From a virus: a stretch of 64,000 bases of DNA. A program made the position numbers and the translations under genes. How positions within the stretch are numbered: position 1 is the first letter of the stretch; each line of letters begins with the position of its first letter. Below, piece after piece: positions 9,046 through 19,938 of the stretch. Location: IMG/VR virus record IMGVR_UViG_3300022902_000006. One strand, given 5' to 3'. Below the pieces are notes generated by a model. That model searched no databases and was not told the origin of the DNA. It saw only the letters and a program-made list of their open reading frames with translations.

Positions 9046-11676
9046 ATGCGACCAATCGTCCTGCTTTACCAAGAATATACCGCCACGGCAGCTACTCCAG
9101 CCACACCGGATATGAATGCCCTCATGGTGGCCCCGGCGTACTGGATTAAAGACTACCTGGATGATAAGGCGTCCATCAAAGTCTCCCTGACCTACGGTAC
9201 CAAGGATGAAGACAACCCGTACACGCCTCCCGTCCTGAACACAGACGCGGTCATCGTGGCCGAACCCCCAGGGAACAAGACAGGTGCACTGCTCGACGCC
9301 TCCAGCGTCAAGGTCTACCTGGACGAGTGCCGCGTCCTCATCGGCCAGGACACCACCACCGGAGTGCCCAGCGTAGCGAACAGCAACTACCTGGACTGCA
9401 CCGGCGCTGCCGCCGCGTTCAAGACTGCGCTCGCCGATGTACTGCCGGGTGACTACCTCATCATCGAAAACCCAGCAGGGGGTGGCGCTTCCGACCTCGT
9501 GAAGAGGGTTCAGGCCGTCGTAAGCACGGCAGGCAGCGAGGCGATCTACACCATGACCAACTTCGCCGCCGCCACTGCGGGGTTGTCGCTGCGCATTGAG
9601 CGCCAGGTCACGGACGTCCTGGTCGGATCCTCGTTCATCACCGTGAACAAAAACGCCGTCACCATCGGCGGTGGGGTCACCACGCTCCTCACGGGTGAAA
9701 CCGTTGCCCGCGCCGTGCAGTACGGCCAACCGTACATCGAGTACCGTTCCCTGCGCCAAGACCTGTGTGTCGTGGACACCGTCAGCTCTTCCACAGACGT
9801 CACCACCAAGATCGGAAAGGTGGACTCCCGCAACCCCCTGGCTGGCATGTGCACCGCCGCACTCGCCAACACCCTGACCCCCATCCAGTTCTTCGGCCTG
9901 AAAACGGACGACGCCGCTGGCCACAACTACTGCATGGACGTCATCGAAGGGCGCACGGATATCTACGCCATCGTGCCCGCCACGACCAGCGTGAGCATCC
10001 TCACCACTTACAAGACGGCAGTCGAGGGCCTGGCAAGCGTCACCCTCGCCAGCACCACTGGGATCCCCCAGAAGTTCCGTGTTGTCATCGGCTCCCAGGC
10101 GCTCCCCACCTCCAAGGTCATATCAGGGACCACCACGGGGTACACCGCAGGTGCACACAACACCGTGGACGCTGCTGTCCCCAACACCGCCATCACCGTG
10201 GCTGACGCCATTGGCGTCTTCGCAGATGGGGACGCCGACTTCGTCACGGACGGCGTGCGCGCCGGGGACATCCTGGTCGTCACCAACTCAACCGGCGCAG
10301 TGAACCTCGGGTCCTACGCTGTCGCCGAGGTGTACGACAAAAACCGACTGCGCACCACCACCGCGTTCACTGCGCAGAACACCGCCCTGGCAGGGGTACA
10401 CTACTACATCATCCGCAGCACGGGCACCCTCGTCGCCAGCACCGCCTTCACGGGGGGCCTGGCCTCTGCTGGCTCCAGCGCAGACGCTCTCGACGGCAGA
10501 GTCACCATGACCGGCGCTGCGGGGCTCACCACATACGCAGGCAAGGTCCTGCGTCTGTCTGCCGAAGCGGGGAACGCAGCCGACTGGCTCATCGTCTCCT
10601 GCACCGCTGCAACGCCGGGTGTGGCTACCGTGGACCACGGTACCAAGACCCTCGCCGCCGATGCAGTAGGCAACACCGTTGGTGCGATCTATGACACCGT
10701 CTCGTACGGTATCAACCGCACCGTGGCAATGCGCCGCCCCTTCCGCATCATCACGGACAACAACGCCACCTTCATCACTGACCTGGTGAAGGCAGGTGAT
10801 TACCTCCAGGTGCCAAACCCCATCACGGGGTCCTCGTACACCGCGAGCTTCGCCCACAAGATCGCCTACATCAGCAGCGAAAACACCGTGGTCCTGGATA
10901 CCAACGTGGACTGCGTTGCCACTGACCCGGAAGCGGGGGACACCACTCTGAAGTTCCGCGTCAGCCGCACACTGTCCAAGGACGACCAGGTCAAAGAACT
11001 GGGGGCCATCGCACAATCCTTCAACAGCAAACGCGTCATCCTCGTGTGGCCCGACTCCATCAAGGTTACGGGACTGAAGGACGGGTCCAAGACCCGCGCC
11101 GTGAGCACCAAGGCAGAGAACGCTGACGCGCAGCCTGGGTACTACATGTCCGCTGTCGTGGGTGGCATGACCGCTGGCCTGCCCTCTCACCAGGGCTTCA
11201 CCAACCTGGGCATCGCAGGCATCGACGAAATCACCAACTCCACTCGGTACTTCAGCGACACGCAGATCACCAAGCTGTCGGACAGCGGGTGGTTCGTCTT
11301 CGTGCAAGCCAGCCCCAACACACTGCCCTACTGCGTGCACCAGCTCACCACTGATGCTGACGCCCTGGAGACAGGTGAGTACAGCCTGGTCAAGAACTTC
11401 GACTTCATCTCCCTGTTCTACCGGGACATCGTCGACGACTACCTGGGTGACTGGAACATCAACACGGACACCATCGACTTCATCAAAGCCGACATCAACG
11501 CGGGTACTGACCTGCTGAAGCTGCGCAAGGTCGCCAAGATCGGTGCCCCCATCATCAGCGCCACACTGTCCAGCATCGCCCAGCACAAAACGGCCAAGGA
11601 CCGCGTCGAGGCGTACCTGAACGTCACCATGCCCAAGCCCCTGAACGTCATCGGGCTACACATCCTCAGCAGCTAA
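9046..11676 (+). CDS. contractile tail sheath protein
   Basis: 876 aa; C-terminal sheath-like region (SKRVILVWPD, GFTNLGIAG, L...G..VFVQ, EYSLVKNFDFIS); followed by a tube-like gene. Confidence 0.75.
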   Translation: MRPIVLLYQEYTATAATPATPDMNALMVAPAYWIKDYLDDKASIKVSLTYGTKDEDNPYTPPVLNTDAVIVAEPPGNKTGALLDASSVKVYLDECRVLIGQDTTTGVPSVANSNYLDCTGAAAAFKTALADVLPGDYLIIENPAGGGASDLVKRVQAVVSTAGSEAIYTMTNFAAATAGLSLRIERQVTDVLVGSSFITVNKNAVTIGGGVTTLLTGETVARAVQYGQPYIEYRSLRQDLCVVDTVSSSTDVTTKIGKVDSRNPLAGMCTAALANTLTPIQFFGLKTDDAAGHNYCMDVIEGRTDIYAIVPATTSVSILTTYKTAVEGLASVTLASTTGIPQKFRVVIGSQALPTSKVISGTTTGYTAGAHNTVDAAVPNTAITVADAIGVFADGDADFVTDGVRAGDILVVTNSTGAVNLGSYAVAEVYDKNRLRTTTAFTAQNTALAGVHYYIIRSTGTLVASTAFTGGLASAGSSADALDGRVTMTGAAGLTTYAGKVLRLSAEAGNAADWLIVSCTAATPGVATVDHGTKTLAADAVGNTVGAIYDTVSYGINRTVAMRRPFRIITDNNATFITDLVKAGDYLQVPNPITGSSYTASFAHKIAYISSENTVVLDTNVDCVATDPEAGDTTLKFRVSRTLSKDDQVKELGAIAQSFNSKRVILVWPDSIKVTGLKDGSKTRAVSTKAENADAQPGYYMSAVVGGMTAGLPSHQGFTNLGIAGIDEITNSTRYFSDTQITKLSDSGWFVFVQASPNTLPYCVHQLTTDADALETGEYSLVKNFDFISLFYRDIVDDYLGDWNINTDTIDFIKADINAGTDLLKLRKVAKIGAPIISATLSSIAQHKTAKDRVEAYLNVTMPKPLNVIGLHILSS

Positions 11677-11681
11677 CATAC

Positions 11682-12716
11682 GTGGCGCCCGCGTCCCATA
11701 ACGCTCGCGAAGCGGGGCGCGTCACTGCGCTGCAAGAGCTTGGCCTGGCCGAAGCGGGGGAGGAGAAAGTTGCCTTCCCCGCTGGTGCTGCGTTCAATGC
11801 TCTTGCAGGTGCAGGTAAGTGGGGCTTCAAACAACTGGGGCGCGCAGCGGGCTTTGCTATGGGCGGGGGTCCCCTCAACCCCGTGATACGCGGGGCCACC
11901 AACTACGCAGGCAGGGGCATAAACGCCGCAATGAAACACCTGCGCGTCCCCGAGAAGGTACGAAAAACGCTCGGGTACATGGGCAAGACTGCGCCGCTGC
12001 ACGCGGGAGCCTGGGGGGGATTCGGGGGCCTGATGGGTGGGGCCATGGGCTACGCTGATCCTAACAAACGAAGCTGGGATTGGGCGGGAGCAGGGCGCGG
12101 GGCACTCATGGGTGCCGCATCCGGTATCGGCATGGGGCTCATAGAGGGCGGCGCTCGCGCAGGTCTACGCGGGGTGCTAGGGCAGCAGCGCTGGAGGGGC
12201 CTCCAAAACACCGCACGCCGAGGGCGCGTCGGCACAGCTACGCCAGGCGGCGTACGCAGCCAATCCATGCTACCGGGCATTGGAGCCGCCGCTGGTGCCG
12301 CCGGTGGCTACATGACACGTGACCCCAACCAGGAGGGTATCCCCTGGCAGCGCATGGCGGCAGGTGCAGCCATAGGCGCAGGCGCAGGTCTCGGGGGCAC
12401 CGCCCTCATGCACGGCGGAAAAGCTGCCAGGGGCTGGCTCGCAGGGGGCGTCACCGGCACTACCGGGCGTCTAGGTAATACCGCCAACTACAACAAAATG
12501 CGTATGCTGAGTATCCCCGGTATCGCGGGCATGGGCCTCGGAATGGGTGTCATCGACCCCCTGATACACGGAGATGGGGGCGAACAGTCACAGCACCAAC
12601 AACAGTACGGTCCCCAAGGCCCCATGGGCTACGCACCACACAGACTAGCAGGCCACGGTATTTCACAATTGCCCCGCCCGTACAATCCGTACTACAATCG
12701 GTACTATAATCGGTAA
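11682..12716 (+). CDS. Gly-rich (glycine-zipper) putative internal virion protein
   Basis: GAAAGAAGG repeats; N-terminal GRVTALQELGL...EKVA tag. Confidence 0.65.
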   Translation: MAPASHNAREAGRVTALQELGLAEAGEEKVAFPAGAAFNALAGAGKWGFKQLGRAAGFAMGGGPLNPVIRGATNYAGRGINAAMKHLRVPEKVRKTLGYMGKTAPLHAGAWGGFGGLMGGAMGYADPNKRSWDWAGAGRGALMGAASGIGMGLIEGGARAGLRGVLGQQRWRGLQNTARRGRVGTATPGGVRSQSMLPGIGAAAGAAGGYMTRDPNQEGIPWQRMAAGAAIGAGAGLGGTALMHGGKAARGWLAGGVTGTTGRLGNTANYNKMRMLSIPGIAGMGLGMGVIDPLIHGDGGEQSQHQQQYGPQGPMGYAPHRLAGHGISQLPRPYNPYYNRYYNR

Positions 12717-12739
12717 CGCCATGAAGGAGGCGTAAACAG

Positions 12740-13537
12740 ATGCCCAGTCCAGGAATCACAACCAACACCAATACGTGGTACGCGCAGGACAACTACGTTG
12801 AGCGGGTGATGGACAACTCCGCGTACACCGCCGCGCACCCGGATGACACCTTGGTGCTCGCTGGGCCTCCCAGGATCCCCGCTGACATGAAGGCCGGGAC
12901 AAAGGGCAACGGGACAACGGCAACGGGCGCGAGCTTCAAAGCCACCGATATGCTGGCCATCGGGCACCTGCAGAGCCTCAACTTCACGCAGCAGAAGGCG
13001 ACGCAACCCGTGATGGCCATCGGGTCCGGGCGCTCCTTCTACGTCTCAGGCAAAGCACAAGGCCAGGCGTCCCTGGGACGGCTGTTCGTCAACGGGCGCA
13101 ATCTGATGCGCGTCCTGATGCACAACATGCGGCGCTCTGACGGTCCCGACATCACCAAGTTCGATGAGAAGCCCGCGCACACCAAGGACGCCACGTTCCT
13201 CATCAACCTGGACTCCGAGATGTACCTCATCCCCATCGGGCTCGGCGTGCTGTTCCGCGACAAGGTGCACCACACCCTGGGCAGCTTCTACGCTGAGCTG
13301 ACCATGATCACCAGCTACGCCATCAGCGCCACGGCGGGGCAGAACATGATCATGGAATCCACCTCCCTGCTGTTCGACCGCCTGTGCCCCTTCATCCCCG
13401 AAGTAGGGGGCCAGGGTGACTACGCAGGCATGACCGACACCGCCATGGCAGCGGTCATCGGCTTCATCGACAACACCATCACCAACGCCCAGAAGACCGG
13501 CAGCGGCAGCGCCCAAGCGCAACCCAAGGCAGGATAG
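12740..13537 (+). CDS. tail tube protein (putative)
   Basis: SD AAGGAGG, strong codon bias; IGHLQSLNFTQQK..QPVMAIGS resembles myophage/eCIS tube proteins. Confidence 0.65.
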   Translation: MPSPGITTNTNTWYAQDNYVERVMDNSAYTAAHPDDTLVLAGPPRIPADMKAGTKGNGTTATGASFKATDMLAIGHLQSLNFTQQKATQPVMAIGSGRSFYVSGKAQGQASLGRLFVNGRNLMRVLMHNMRRSDGPDITKFDEKPAHTKDATFLINLDSEMYLIPIGLGVLFRDKVHHTLGSFYAELTMITSYAISATAGQNMIMESTSLLFDRLCPFIPEVGGQGDYAGMTDTAMAAVIGFIDNTITNAQKTGSGSAQAQPKAG

Positions 13538-13579
13538 CCCATCGTTGCTCTTTGAGCCCTGAGCACGTATTCTCACTGC

Positions 13580-15178
13580 ATGGGTTCCAAGCTCCCACCT
13601 GACGCAGACGCAAACGCACAAGCACTTCGCCAACAGCAACGCGTTGCGCGCCCTCTCCCTGAGAAATGTCATGGGATGATCAGCGCCGTAAACCCAGCTC
13701 GCCACTCCTATGAAGTATCCATCAAAGGACGCCGTCCCGCACAGAACGTTCCGCGCATGCAAAGCTCCCCCGCAGCGCAAGACCTTCTCGAAGTAGGTAC
13801 CATGGTGGCGGTGGACTCCACGTACACCGGACAGCCCCTAATCGTAGGCGTGATACCCCAGGCCCAGCTCACTCCCAATACAGGTGTGAGCGTCACCGGC
13901 GTAGATGCTGATGTTGCCGAGGACATTGGTGGTGTTGGATACTACCACGACCCAAACACACCCAGCGACGTCAGGGACGGTGACTACGCCCGTGTCTGCC
14001 CCGATGGGACCGCAGCCATGGTACTCCTCAACGGAGGTATCGCTGCGCTCCAAGGTGGGAGCGCGCGCATCGCCGCACAGCTCATCGATGCTGCGATCGA
14101 CATGAAGTGCCGAAATCTACGTCTCGAAACAGATATGGGCACGCTCGAAATGACCAACAAAGCAGGGAGGACTGGGCTCACTTTCCAAGGTGGGAGCGAC
14201 CACCACAGTGAGTCCAGCCAGGGACAATGGAGCATCGACTACGCTCTCGGTGCTGGGGGCAACGTATCCCGTTTCTCCGTACGGAAAGCAGGGGGCAAGT
14301 GCGTCTACGAATCCCACATCGACCCCGAGGGGAATTGGGCTGTAACGCAACAGGGGGATGTCAACTTCATGGCTGTGGGGCACCTCCTTCAACAAACCCT
14401 GAGCAATCGTGAGCTGCACGTCTCTGGGACAGACCTGCGCAAAATAGAGGGTGCGCAAACCATGCGTGTTTCGTCTGACCGCACACTTCGTGTTGGTAGC
14501 AACACCTCCGACTTTACAGGCAACGACCGCACCGAAGCCACCATGCGCAACAAAGTAGTAAGCGTGGGTGGGTCCATGGAAGACAGCTACGGCGCAGGCG
14601 ACCCCATAAAAGCAACGGATAGTGACGTCGCACGCAAGACAACGATGCACGCCTCTTGGGAAATAAACGTAGGGCGCACAGGGCCTACGGCACTAAAAAA
14701 TAAAGCAGGATTCCATCTCAAAGTTAAAAAGGGAAATGTCTCTCACGAAATAGCTACATCGGGAGACATCAAATACACCACAAAAATGGGCAAGGTGACC
14801 GTCCTCACCAAGAGCGGGACGACCAACATCGACGGCACCAAAGTTCACCTTGGTAATACCAACGTAGCACCAACCAACGCAGTGCTTCGAGGCAACGTCC
14901 ACAATACAGGCGTCGATGCTTTCCTCACGACGCGCATGGCCGCGCGCCCCTCTTACCTGGGCCTCACTCAATCCCTGTCCACCACCATCTCCCCACCACT
15001 CCTAACCTTATTCATGATCCCTGTAGTGGGTCCAATGTTGTTCTTCATAATCGCTGGTCCCGTATGGATCGCGAAGCTCCAAGCAGAGTTCGCATCCGGC
15101 ACCGCAAACCAAGCAGCGGATGTAGCCCTAAAAGCAGCCCTCCGAGGCATGCTCTCCACGAAGATATTTACGGAGTAA
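13580..15178 (+). CDS. baseplate hub/spike (gp5/VgrG-like) protein
   Basis: N-terminal OB-like region, then short beta-repeat tracts; VLRGN motif near the C-terminus. Confidence 0.55.
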   Translation: MGSKLPPDADANAQALRQQQRVARPLPEKCHGMISAVNPARHSYEVSIKGRRPAQNVPRMQSSPAAQDLLEVGTMVAVDSTYTGQPLIVGVIPQAQLTPNTGVSVTGVDADVAEDIGGVGYYHDPNTPSDVRDGDYARVCPDGTAAMVLLNGGIAALQGGSARIAAQLIDAAIDMKCRNLRLETDMGTLEMTNKAGRTGLTFQGGSDHHSESSQGQWSIDYALGAGGNVSRFSVRKAGGKCVYESHIDPEGNWAVTQQGDVNFMAVGHLLQQTLSNRELHVSGTDLRKIEGAQTMRVSSDRTLRVGSNTSDFTGNDRTEATMRNKVVSVGGSMEDSYGAGDPIKATDSDVARKTTMHASWEINVGRTGPTALKNKAGFHLKVKKGNVSHEIATSGDIKYTTKMGKVTVLTKSGTTNIDGTKVHLGNTNVAPTNAVLRGNVHNTGVDAFLTTRMAARPSYLGLTQSLSTTISPPLLTLFMIPVVGPMLFFIIAGPVWIAKLQAEFASGTANQAADVALKAALRGMLSTKIFTE

Positions 15179-15181
15179 ATC

Positions 15182-15424
15182 GTGGCCGACGAACCCACCA
15201 CCAAGCCCCCACCTCCTGACGTATCCGCGCTCCTTGGAAAATTGAAGGTCCAGTTCCCCACACAACTAGAGGGGTACGAGGACACCGTACGCCGAGGTCT
15301 ACAGCATATGGCTGACAACCTGCCTGAAGGGATGGACTTCGACGCCTACGTGGCCCAAGTTGAGGGGATGCTTGCGAATATCCCTGCCCCCACAAAGACA
15401 AACGACCCGGCCACCCGGGGGTGA
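15182..15424 (+). CDS. hypothetical protein
   Basis: 80 aa, GTG start, follows the hub gene by 3 nt. Confidence 0.55.
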   Translation: MADEPTTKPPPPDVSALLGKLKVQFPTQLEGYEDTVRRGLQHMADNLPEGMDFDAYVAQVEGMLANIPAPTKTNDPATRG

Positions 15425-15712
15425 CGAGGTCGTTTGCTGACCCAAACTGCGGCCATGCCTCAAGGGCTTGACCCATCCTCACGCCTCCCGCCCGCGTGGC
15501 GAAGATGGTGTCGTCAGTCCGAAGACTGCGCAGGAGCTGGGTAGTCACTTCCCATCCGAAGACGTTCTGCGACCTTCGCGAGACCAGGCCCAGTAACTCT
15601 GGTTCCTTTATACTCCTACTCTCTCCCACCCTTGTCAATACGGAGGCACTCACCTATAATTCAGTGTGTTTTCAAAAGATAGATAGCCACGCCACAGCGC
15701 TGGAGGAGATTT

Positions 15713-16555
15713 ATGTTCACCCTACGCATCGTCAATGTCGGTGAAACCGATATCACGCTCCAAGACCCCTCCGGGATCACGAGCTTCTCGTGCACCATCG
15801 CCAAGGGCGCGACCGTCGACAAGGACGTCTCCCAGGACCTGCTGGAGAGGCTCGCACCCCTGCTCAAGAAGTGGGAAGGTGAGACGCGTGACGCCACCAC
15901 CAAGAAGGTCATCGCCGGTCTCCGCTGGTCCCTGCTGAAGGGTGACGACATCGACATCCGCATGCTGAACGAGGGTGTCGTGGGCCAGCCCGTGCTGACC
16001 CTCTTTCCCGCCGCCAGCTACAGCACCGGCACCGGCGCCGCAACCGTCGCCTGCGTGGGCACCGGCCTGCTCGGCGGGCAGACGAAGGCCACCGCACAAC
16101 TCCTCAGCGGCACCGCGCGCCTGGACCTGGAGGCCGTCATCCCAGGGAGCCCAAGCAACGCCTACTCCTGTGAGATCGTCATCAGCGGCTCTTCGGCCAT
16201 CGACGTGGCAGTCGCCAACGGCAAGATCACCATCACCGTGAAGACCGCCGGGGAAACCGTCGCCGACATCTTTGCCGCCGTCAACGCCGACACCGACGCC
16301 AAGCTGCTCGTGAAGGCCAGCGAAGGCGTGGCGGGCACCGTCACCGCCGCTGTGGCGGAGACAAACCTGGAAGACGGCGAAGGCCCCGGCGCCTCCCTGT
16401 CCCTGGGTGGCACCGCGTGCAGCATCCTGGCCGTCACCGCCACCGCCCTGACCTGCGCACTGCCAACCGGCGTCGGCGCCAACGGCAACATCGTTCCGCT
16501 GACCTACAAGTGCGGCCCCACCACCACCCAGCTCTCCATCCCCGTCGTCACGTAA
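15713..16555 (+). CDS. putative virion structural protein
   Basis: CCTATAAT upstream, SD GGAGGAG, strong codon bias, Thr/Ala/Gly-rich beta content. Confidence 0.7.
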   Translation: MFTLRIVNVGETDITLQDPSGITSFSCTIAKGATVDKDVSQDLLERLAPLLKKWEGETRDATTKKVIAGLRWSLLKGDDIDIRMLNEGVVGQPVLTLFPAASYSTGTGAATVACVGTGLLGGQTKATAQLLSGTARLDLEAVIPGSPSNAYSCEIVISGSSAIDVAVANGKITITVKTAGETVADIFAAVNADTDAKLLVKASEGVAGTVTAAVAETNLEDGEGPGASLSLGGTACSILAVTATALTCALPTGVGANGNIVPLTYKCGPTTTQLSIPVVT

Positions 16556-16630
16556 ACGTCGGAGCTAAAAAGCTGGGGCACGTCCCCATACCTCAGCCTC
16601 CCCCAGGCCACCCAAGCGCATCTTGCGCCA

Positions 16631-17086
16631 TCACCCCCTGTAGCTCTGCATTATTAGCCATTTCTTGCCTTCGCATTCTGCGCAGCGATGTATGGGGTCC
16701 ACTTCCTGAACTTGGGGAGGTGTAGTGGGGGCTTGATCAATGTTTTGAAAAGCTGTTTTGGTTTGGATGACGCCGCTTGTGACTGCCGTAGGTTTCAAAC
16801 CGGAGCCGTTGCACACTGAACACACGACACGAACTAAAGAACCATCGCGCAACTTCAGCGACACCTCCAGATTCTCCGTCTCGCGCTTCAAGAACGCGAG
16901 CGTATCCTGTGCGTGTCTCTTCGCCGTCGTACACTCCACGACGTAACCCTCCCACTCCTCCACTGCCTGTTCCAACACGACGCGCCGCGCCTCTACGTCC
17001 TTGGGCAGCATGACATGCGCCAAACTGTGAACTGGAACATGGCGAACCGGGATGTCTATCTCAGTAACTTTCATAACCACCATCAT
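16631..17086 (-). CDS. coiled-coil protein with DnaJ-type CxxCxGxG Zn motifs
   Basis: CSVCNGSG and CAECEGK motifs; exact start uncertain. Confidence 0.6.
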   Translation of the reverse strand: MMVVMKVTEIDIPVRHVPVHSLAHVMLPKDVEARRVVLEQAVEEWEGYVVECTTAKRHAQDTLAFLKRETENLEVSLKLRDGSLVRVVCSVCNGSGLKPTAVTSGVIQTKTAFQNIDQAPTTPPQVQEVDPIHRCAECEGKKWLIMQSYRG

Positions 17087-17169
17087 TGATAAAGAAGACG
17101 CAGCCGTCAAGGCCATGTGTGCGTGGTGAGCGCACGCGTCTTCAGTGGAGCTGGATTGTGTACTGTTTA

Positions 17170-17826
17170 CTACGCCGACTGCACTTTGATGATGTCCCCC
17201 AACGGAATCCGGTGGAGCACGGAATCAATGAGGTGCCCTCCCATCATCTGATGTTCAATGAGGGACAACATCGCGCTCCCCACGGACTTCACGTCCCCTG
17301 TCAAGACGCCCGCCACGCGGTGCATCTCAGGATTATCGTGCCCATCCAAGATGGGATCGCCGTTGCCGTCTAGCTGCTCCGTCTCGTGCCAACGCGTAAC
17401 GTGCAGCGTAGTGCCGACGAACTTATGGAGGAACTCCATCGCGTCCTTCTCGCGCTCACGAAGGTCCCGATCATCCACACGCCAGGTCTCGGCCCGGTCG
17501 CGGTCTTCCGTACGTTGTGCAGCACGGAGGTCCAAGTCCTGCTTACGCTGCTCTGCCGCGAGGGCCTTGTCCTCACCACGCTGCCGGGTACGCAATTTGA
17601 GGTCTTCAACGCGCTCACGCCTCTGGCGCAGCACATCTTCCGCTCGCTGTGCAGCACGCAAGCCCATATCCTCATTACGCTGGACATCCTTCTTCGCCGC
17701 TTCGAACGACGCGAAAAAGGAACCGCCTTCAACGTACTCCTTGGGGGGAGCATCGGCGTGGCCTTTCAACCACGCAACAGTAGCCAATCCAACCCCACCG
17801 AGCACCAAGGTTATCCCGAGTGACAC
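17170..17826 (-). CDS. membrane-anchored coiled-coil protein
   Basis: GTG start after GGAGG; N-terminal hydrophobic helix; charged RAAQR repeats. Confidence 0.6.
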   Translation of the reverse strand: MSLGITLVLGGVGLATVAWLKGHADAPPKEYVEGGSFFASFEAAKKDVQRNEDMGLRAAQRAEDVLRQRRERVEDLKLRTRQRGEDKALAAEQRKQDLDLRAAQRTEDRDRAETWRVDDRDLREREKDAMEFLHKFVGTTLHVTRWHETEQLDGNGDPILDGHDNPEMHRVAGVLTGDVKSVGSAMLSLIEHQMMGGHLIDSVLHRIPLGDIIKVQSA

Positions 17827-17900
17827 AGGGCACCTCCACGGTAAGGGTTTCCTCCTACGTATGCAGGAAGATTGGTGATATGAGTGCGTTTCCACACTCA

Positions 17901-17912
17901 TTTTCTTATACC
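17901..17912 (-). promoter_or_regulatory. putative early promoter GGTAYAAGAA (copies at 17901, 28976, 36468, 44461, 58223, 58826)
   Basis: Recurrent +strand TTCTTRTACC in intergenic DNA upstream of - strand units; three copies read TGG-TATAAG, like an extended -10. Confidence 0.6.
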
Positions 17913-17937
17913 AGGCATACTGGTATACTTTTGACCT

Positions 17938-18138
17938 ATGCCTACCTGGACCAAAGTCAGCAGCGATAGCACCCCCGTCCGTCTCGCCAATTTGGTAGGG
18001 CGACTCCAACGCGTCCTACTCGCACAGAAGATATCGCGTGTCGATCAAATACTCGAAATGCACCCGCTGGATGCTGACACCCACACTGCGGTCAAGGCGC
18101 ACCTCGCGGACCTCAAACAGCGGCTTCAAGGTATATAA
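17938..18138 (+). CDS. hypothetical protein
   Basis: 66 aa; coupled to the next gene. Confidence 0.6.
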   Translation: MPTWTKVSSDSTPVRLANLVGRLQRVLLAQKISRVDQILEMHPLDADTHTAVKAHLADLKQRLQGI

Positions 18139-19938
18139 ATGGCCACCCCTCCTGACGCGCTAACCACCACTGTAACGGACGAGGAAAACAACGACCTCCT
18201 CCAAGATTGGCAGTCTGTCAACATATCAGTCTCCGGTCTTGAGCCCGCCCTCACCGGCCTCCAGAAGATAATCGCTGCCAAGAAACAGATCCTGGTTCTC
18301 ACAAAGACGATGCTCCAGATTGTGTCTGCCGTCACCTCGAACGCCATAGACACTGCGTCGAATATCATGTTGCAAGCCATTACAGGCGTCGAAAAAACTC
18401 TCGATACTTTCACAGGGTCCGATATCAAGGTACACGTCCTTGCCGTACCTCCGCACCGACGTGAAGCCCCTGCAGCACCCCGCACATTCTCCGCCCCCAC
18501 CGACGTGGGTTCCTGGAGCCTGGACTCCGAGATCTCTGAAGAAACGAAAAAAGGGCTCCGTGATTTTATGGCCAAAGCACAAGCCTGGGATGGGGGCAAC
18601 CCCGGCTACGTGCAAACCGTACTAGAGACCCTGTCCGATATTTACGACGTAAATCGCCCCACGTACGACGCCAATTCCGCAATCGCGTCCTTGGTTCTCG
18701 TAGGGGGTGCCGACTCATTAGCAGGAATCCGCGACATCATGCGGTTTCTTAACGGACTATTCGGCGCCACCCTCCGTGGCAACATGTACGTCAACGGAGA
18801 AGTGGGGCCTCAAAGCCTGACCGCAACACCTATCGCTGCTCTTGAATCTGCCTCGTCAAAACCCTCCCCCATCGGCATCCGACTGGATTGGCGCAACCCC
18901 ACCATCGTCAGCACCAGCACAGGGCGCGTGCGTATAGACGAAATAGCCGTTATCCAATCCACAGACCCGGAAGTAATGCGTTCCGAAACATGGGGCGACC
19001 TATTCGGAACCAGTGACCCAACCGCACTCAAAAAAGGAGAAAACTCCCTTACCTCCAGTCTCCCAAAATCGGCTAACGCCAAAACAGAGGTAATCGAAGT
19101 TTTTCGCTACAACCCCGTAACTTCCTCATACGTGGTGCCCCGCACATACGAAAAAGGAAAAACGTACTACTTCATGTTGGCCTTCCGTACCGCCACTGGG
19201 ACTGTGAATAGTGCCGGAAAGGTAATATGGACACAGCACTCCTTCTCTGACACCAACCTCCTGAGTGGCTTCACACGTGTACGTATCCCCGACACACGCA
19301 TTCCGTCCGGCGCCGCCCCCGCACCTAATTGGTACACCCACCCGGGGGTACTGGAATTGGTTCCAAGCCTGTACCAACTCATCATCATCATCAAAAACTT
19401 TCTCGGCACACTCAAGAATCAAACCACAGGGAGCGCCGACCTCCTCAAGGACTACCTCGCGTACCTGGAAGACGAGGTCACCCGCTATGGTGACTACGGT
19501 ACGCAGATGACTGATGCACTAAACAACCTGTCCAGCATTCTGAAACCACCTTCTGCTGGCCTGTACGCTACGTTCATCATGTTGGAAGAAGGTGGCATGG
19601 ACGCATTCATCGCCGAGCTAGTCGGACGCATGAGTAATGAAAGTGACCCCCTAGCACCACCGTTCCACAAAGGGGGTTTTGTATGCGGTGCTGTGCTCCT
19701 GGCTGGTGCCCCAAACCCGGCGTCACTGGAGTCATTTCAGACCATGGTGGAACTGATCACCGGCGTGGAAGCGCAGGCCACAACTGCCTACGAATCCGCC
19801 GTCAACTCCATCGATACGGAACTGGCTACTCTGGAAGCCACCACCTTCACTACAGACCCGGGAGAAGCCACCTTCAACGACGCAGGCGAACCCGTCGATC
19901 CTTCGAGTGCAGAGGCCAACGTACCCCACGACCCTTGA
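18139..19938 (+). CDS. putative baseplate/virion structural protein
   Basis: 599 aa; central FN3-like segment (GIRLDW...YYFMLAF) flanked by helical regions. Confidence 0.55.
   Translation: MATPPDALTTTVTDEENNDLLQDWQSVNISVSGLEPALTGLQKIIAAKKQILVLTKTMLQIVSAVTSNAIDTASNIMLQAITGVEKTLDTFTGSDIKVHVLAVPPHRREAPAAPRTFSAPTDVGSWSLDSEISEETKKGLRDFMAKAQAWDGGNPGYVQTVLETLSDIYDVNRPTYDANSAIASLVLVGGADSLAGIRDIMRFLNGLFGATLRGNMYVNGEVGPQSLTATPIAALESASSKPSPIGIRLDWRNPTIVSTSTGRVRIDEIAVIQSTDPEVMRSETWGDLFGTSDPTALKKGENSLTSSLPKSANAKTEVIEVFRYNPVTSSYVVPRTYEKGKTYYFMLAFRTATGTVNSAGKVIWTQHSFSDTNLLSGFTRVRIPDTRIPSGAAPAPNWYTHPGVLELVPSLYQLIIIIKNFLGTLKNQTTGSADLLKDYLAYLEDEVTRYGDYGTQMTDALNNLSSILKPPSAGLYATFIMLEEGGMDAFIAELVGRMSNESDPLAPPFHKGGFVCGAVLLAGAPNPASLESFQTMVELITGVEAQATTAYESAVNSIDTELATLEATTFTTDPGEATFNDAGEPVDPSSAEANVPHDP

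Noticed and set aside
3256-11586. Long antisense ORFs (e.g. 3256..4971, 8914..9924, 10288..11586; also 55301..56239)
   Set aside because: Shadow frames of GC-rich, codon-biased genes on the opposite strand.
15425-15712. ncRNA or - strand gene in the 290-nt gap before 15713
   Set aside because: No array-type hairpin, strong helices or convincing SD; left unassigned.
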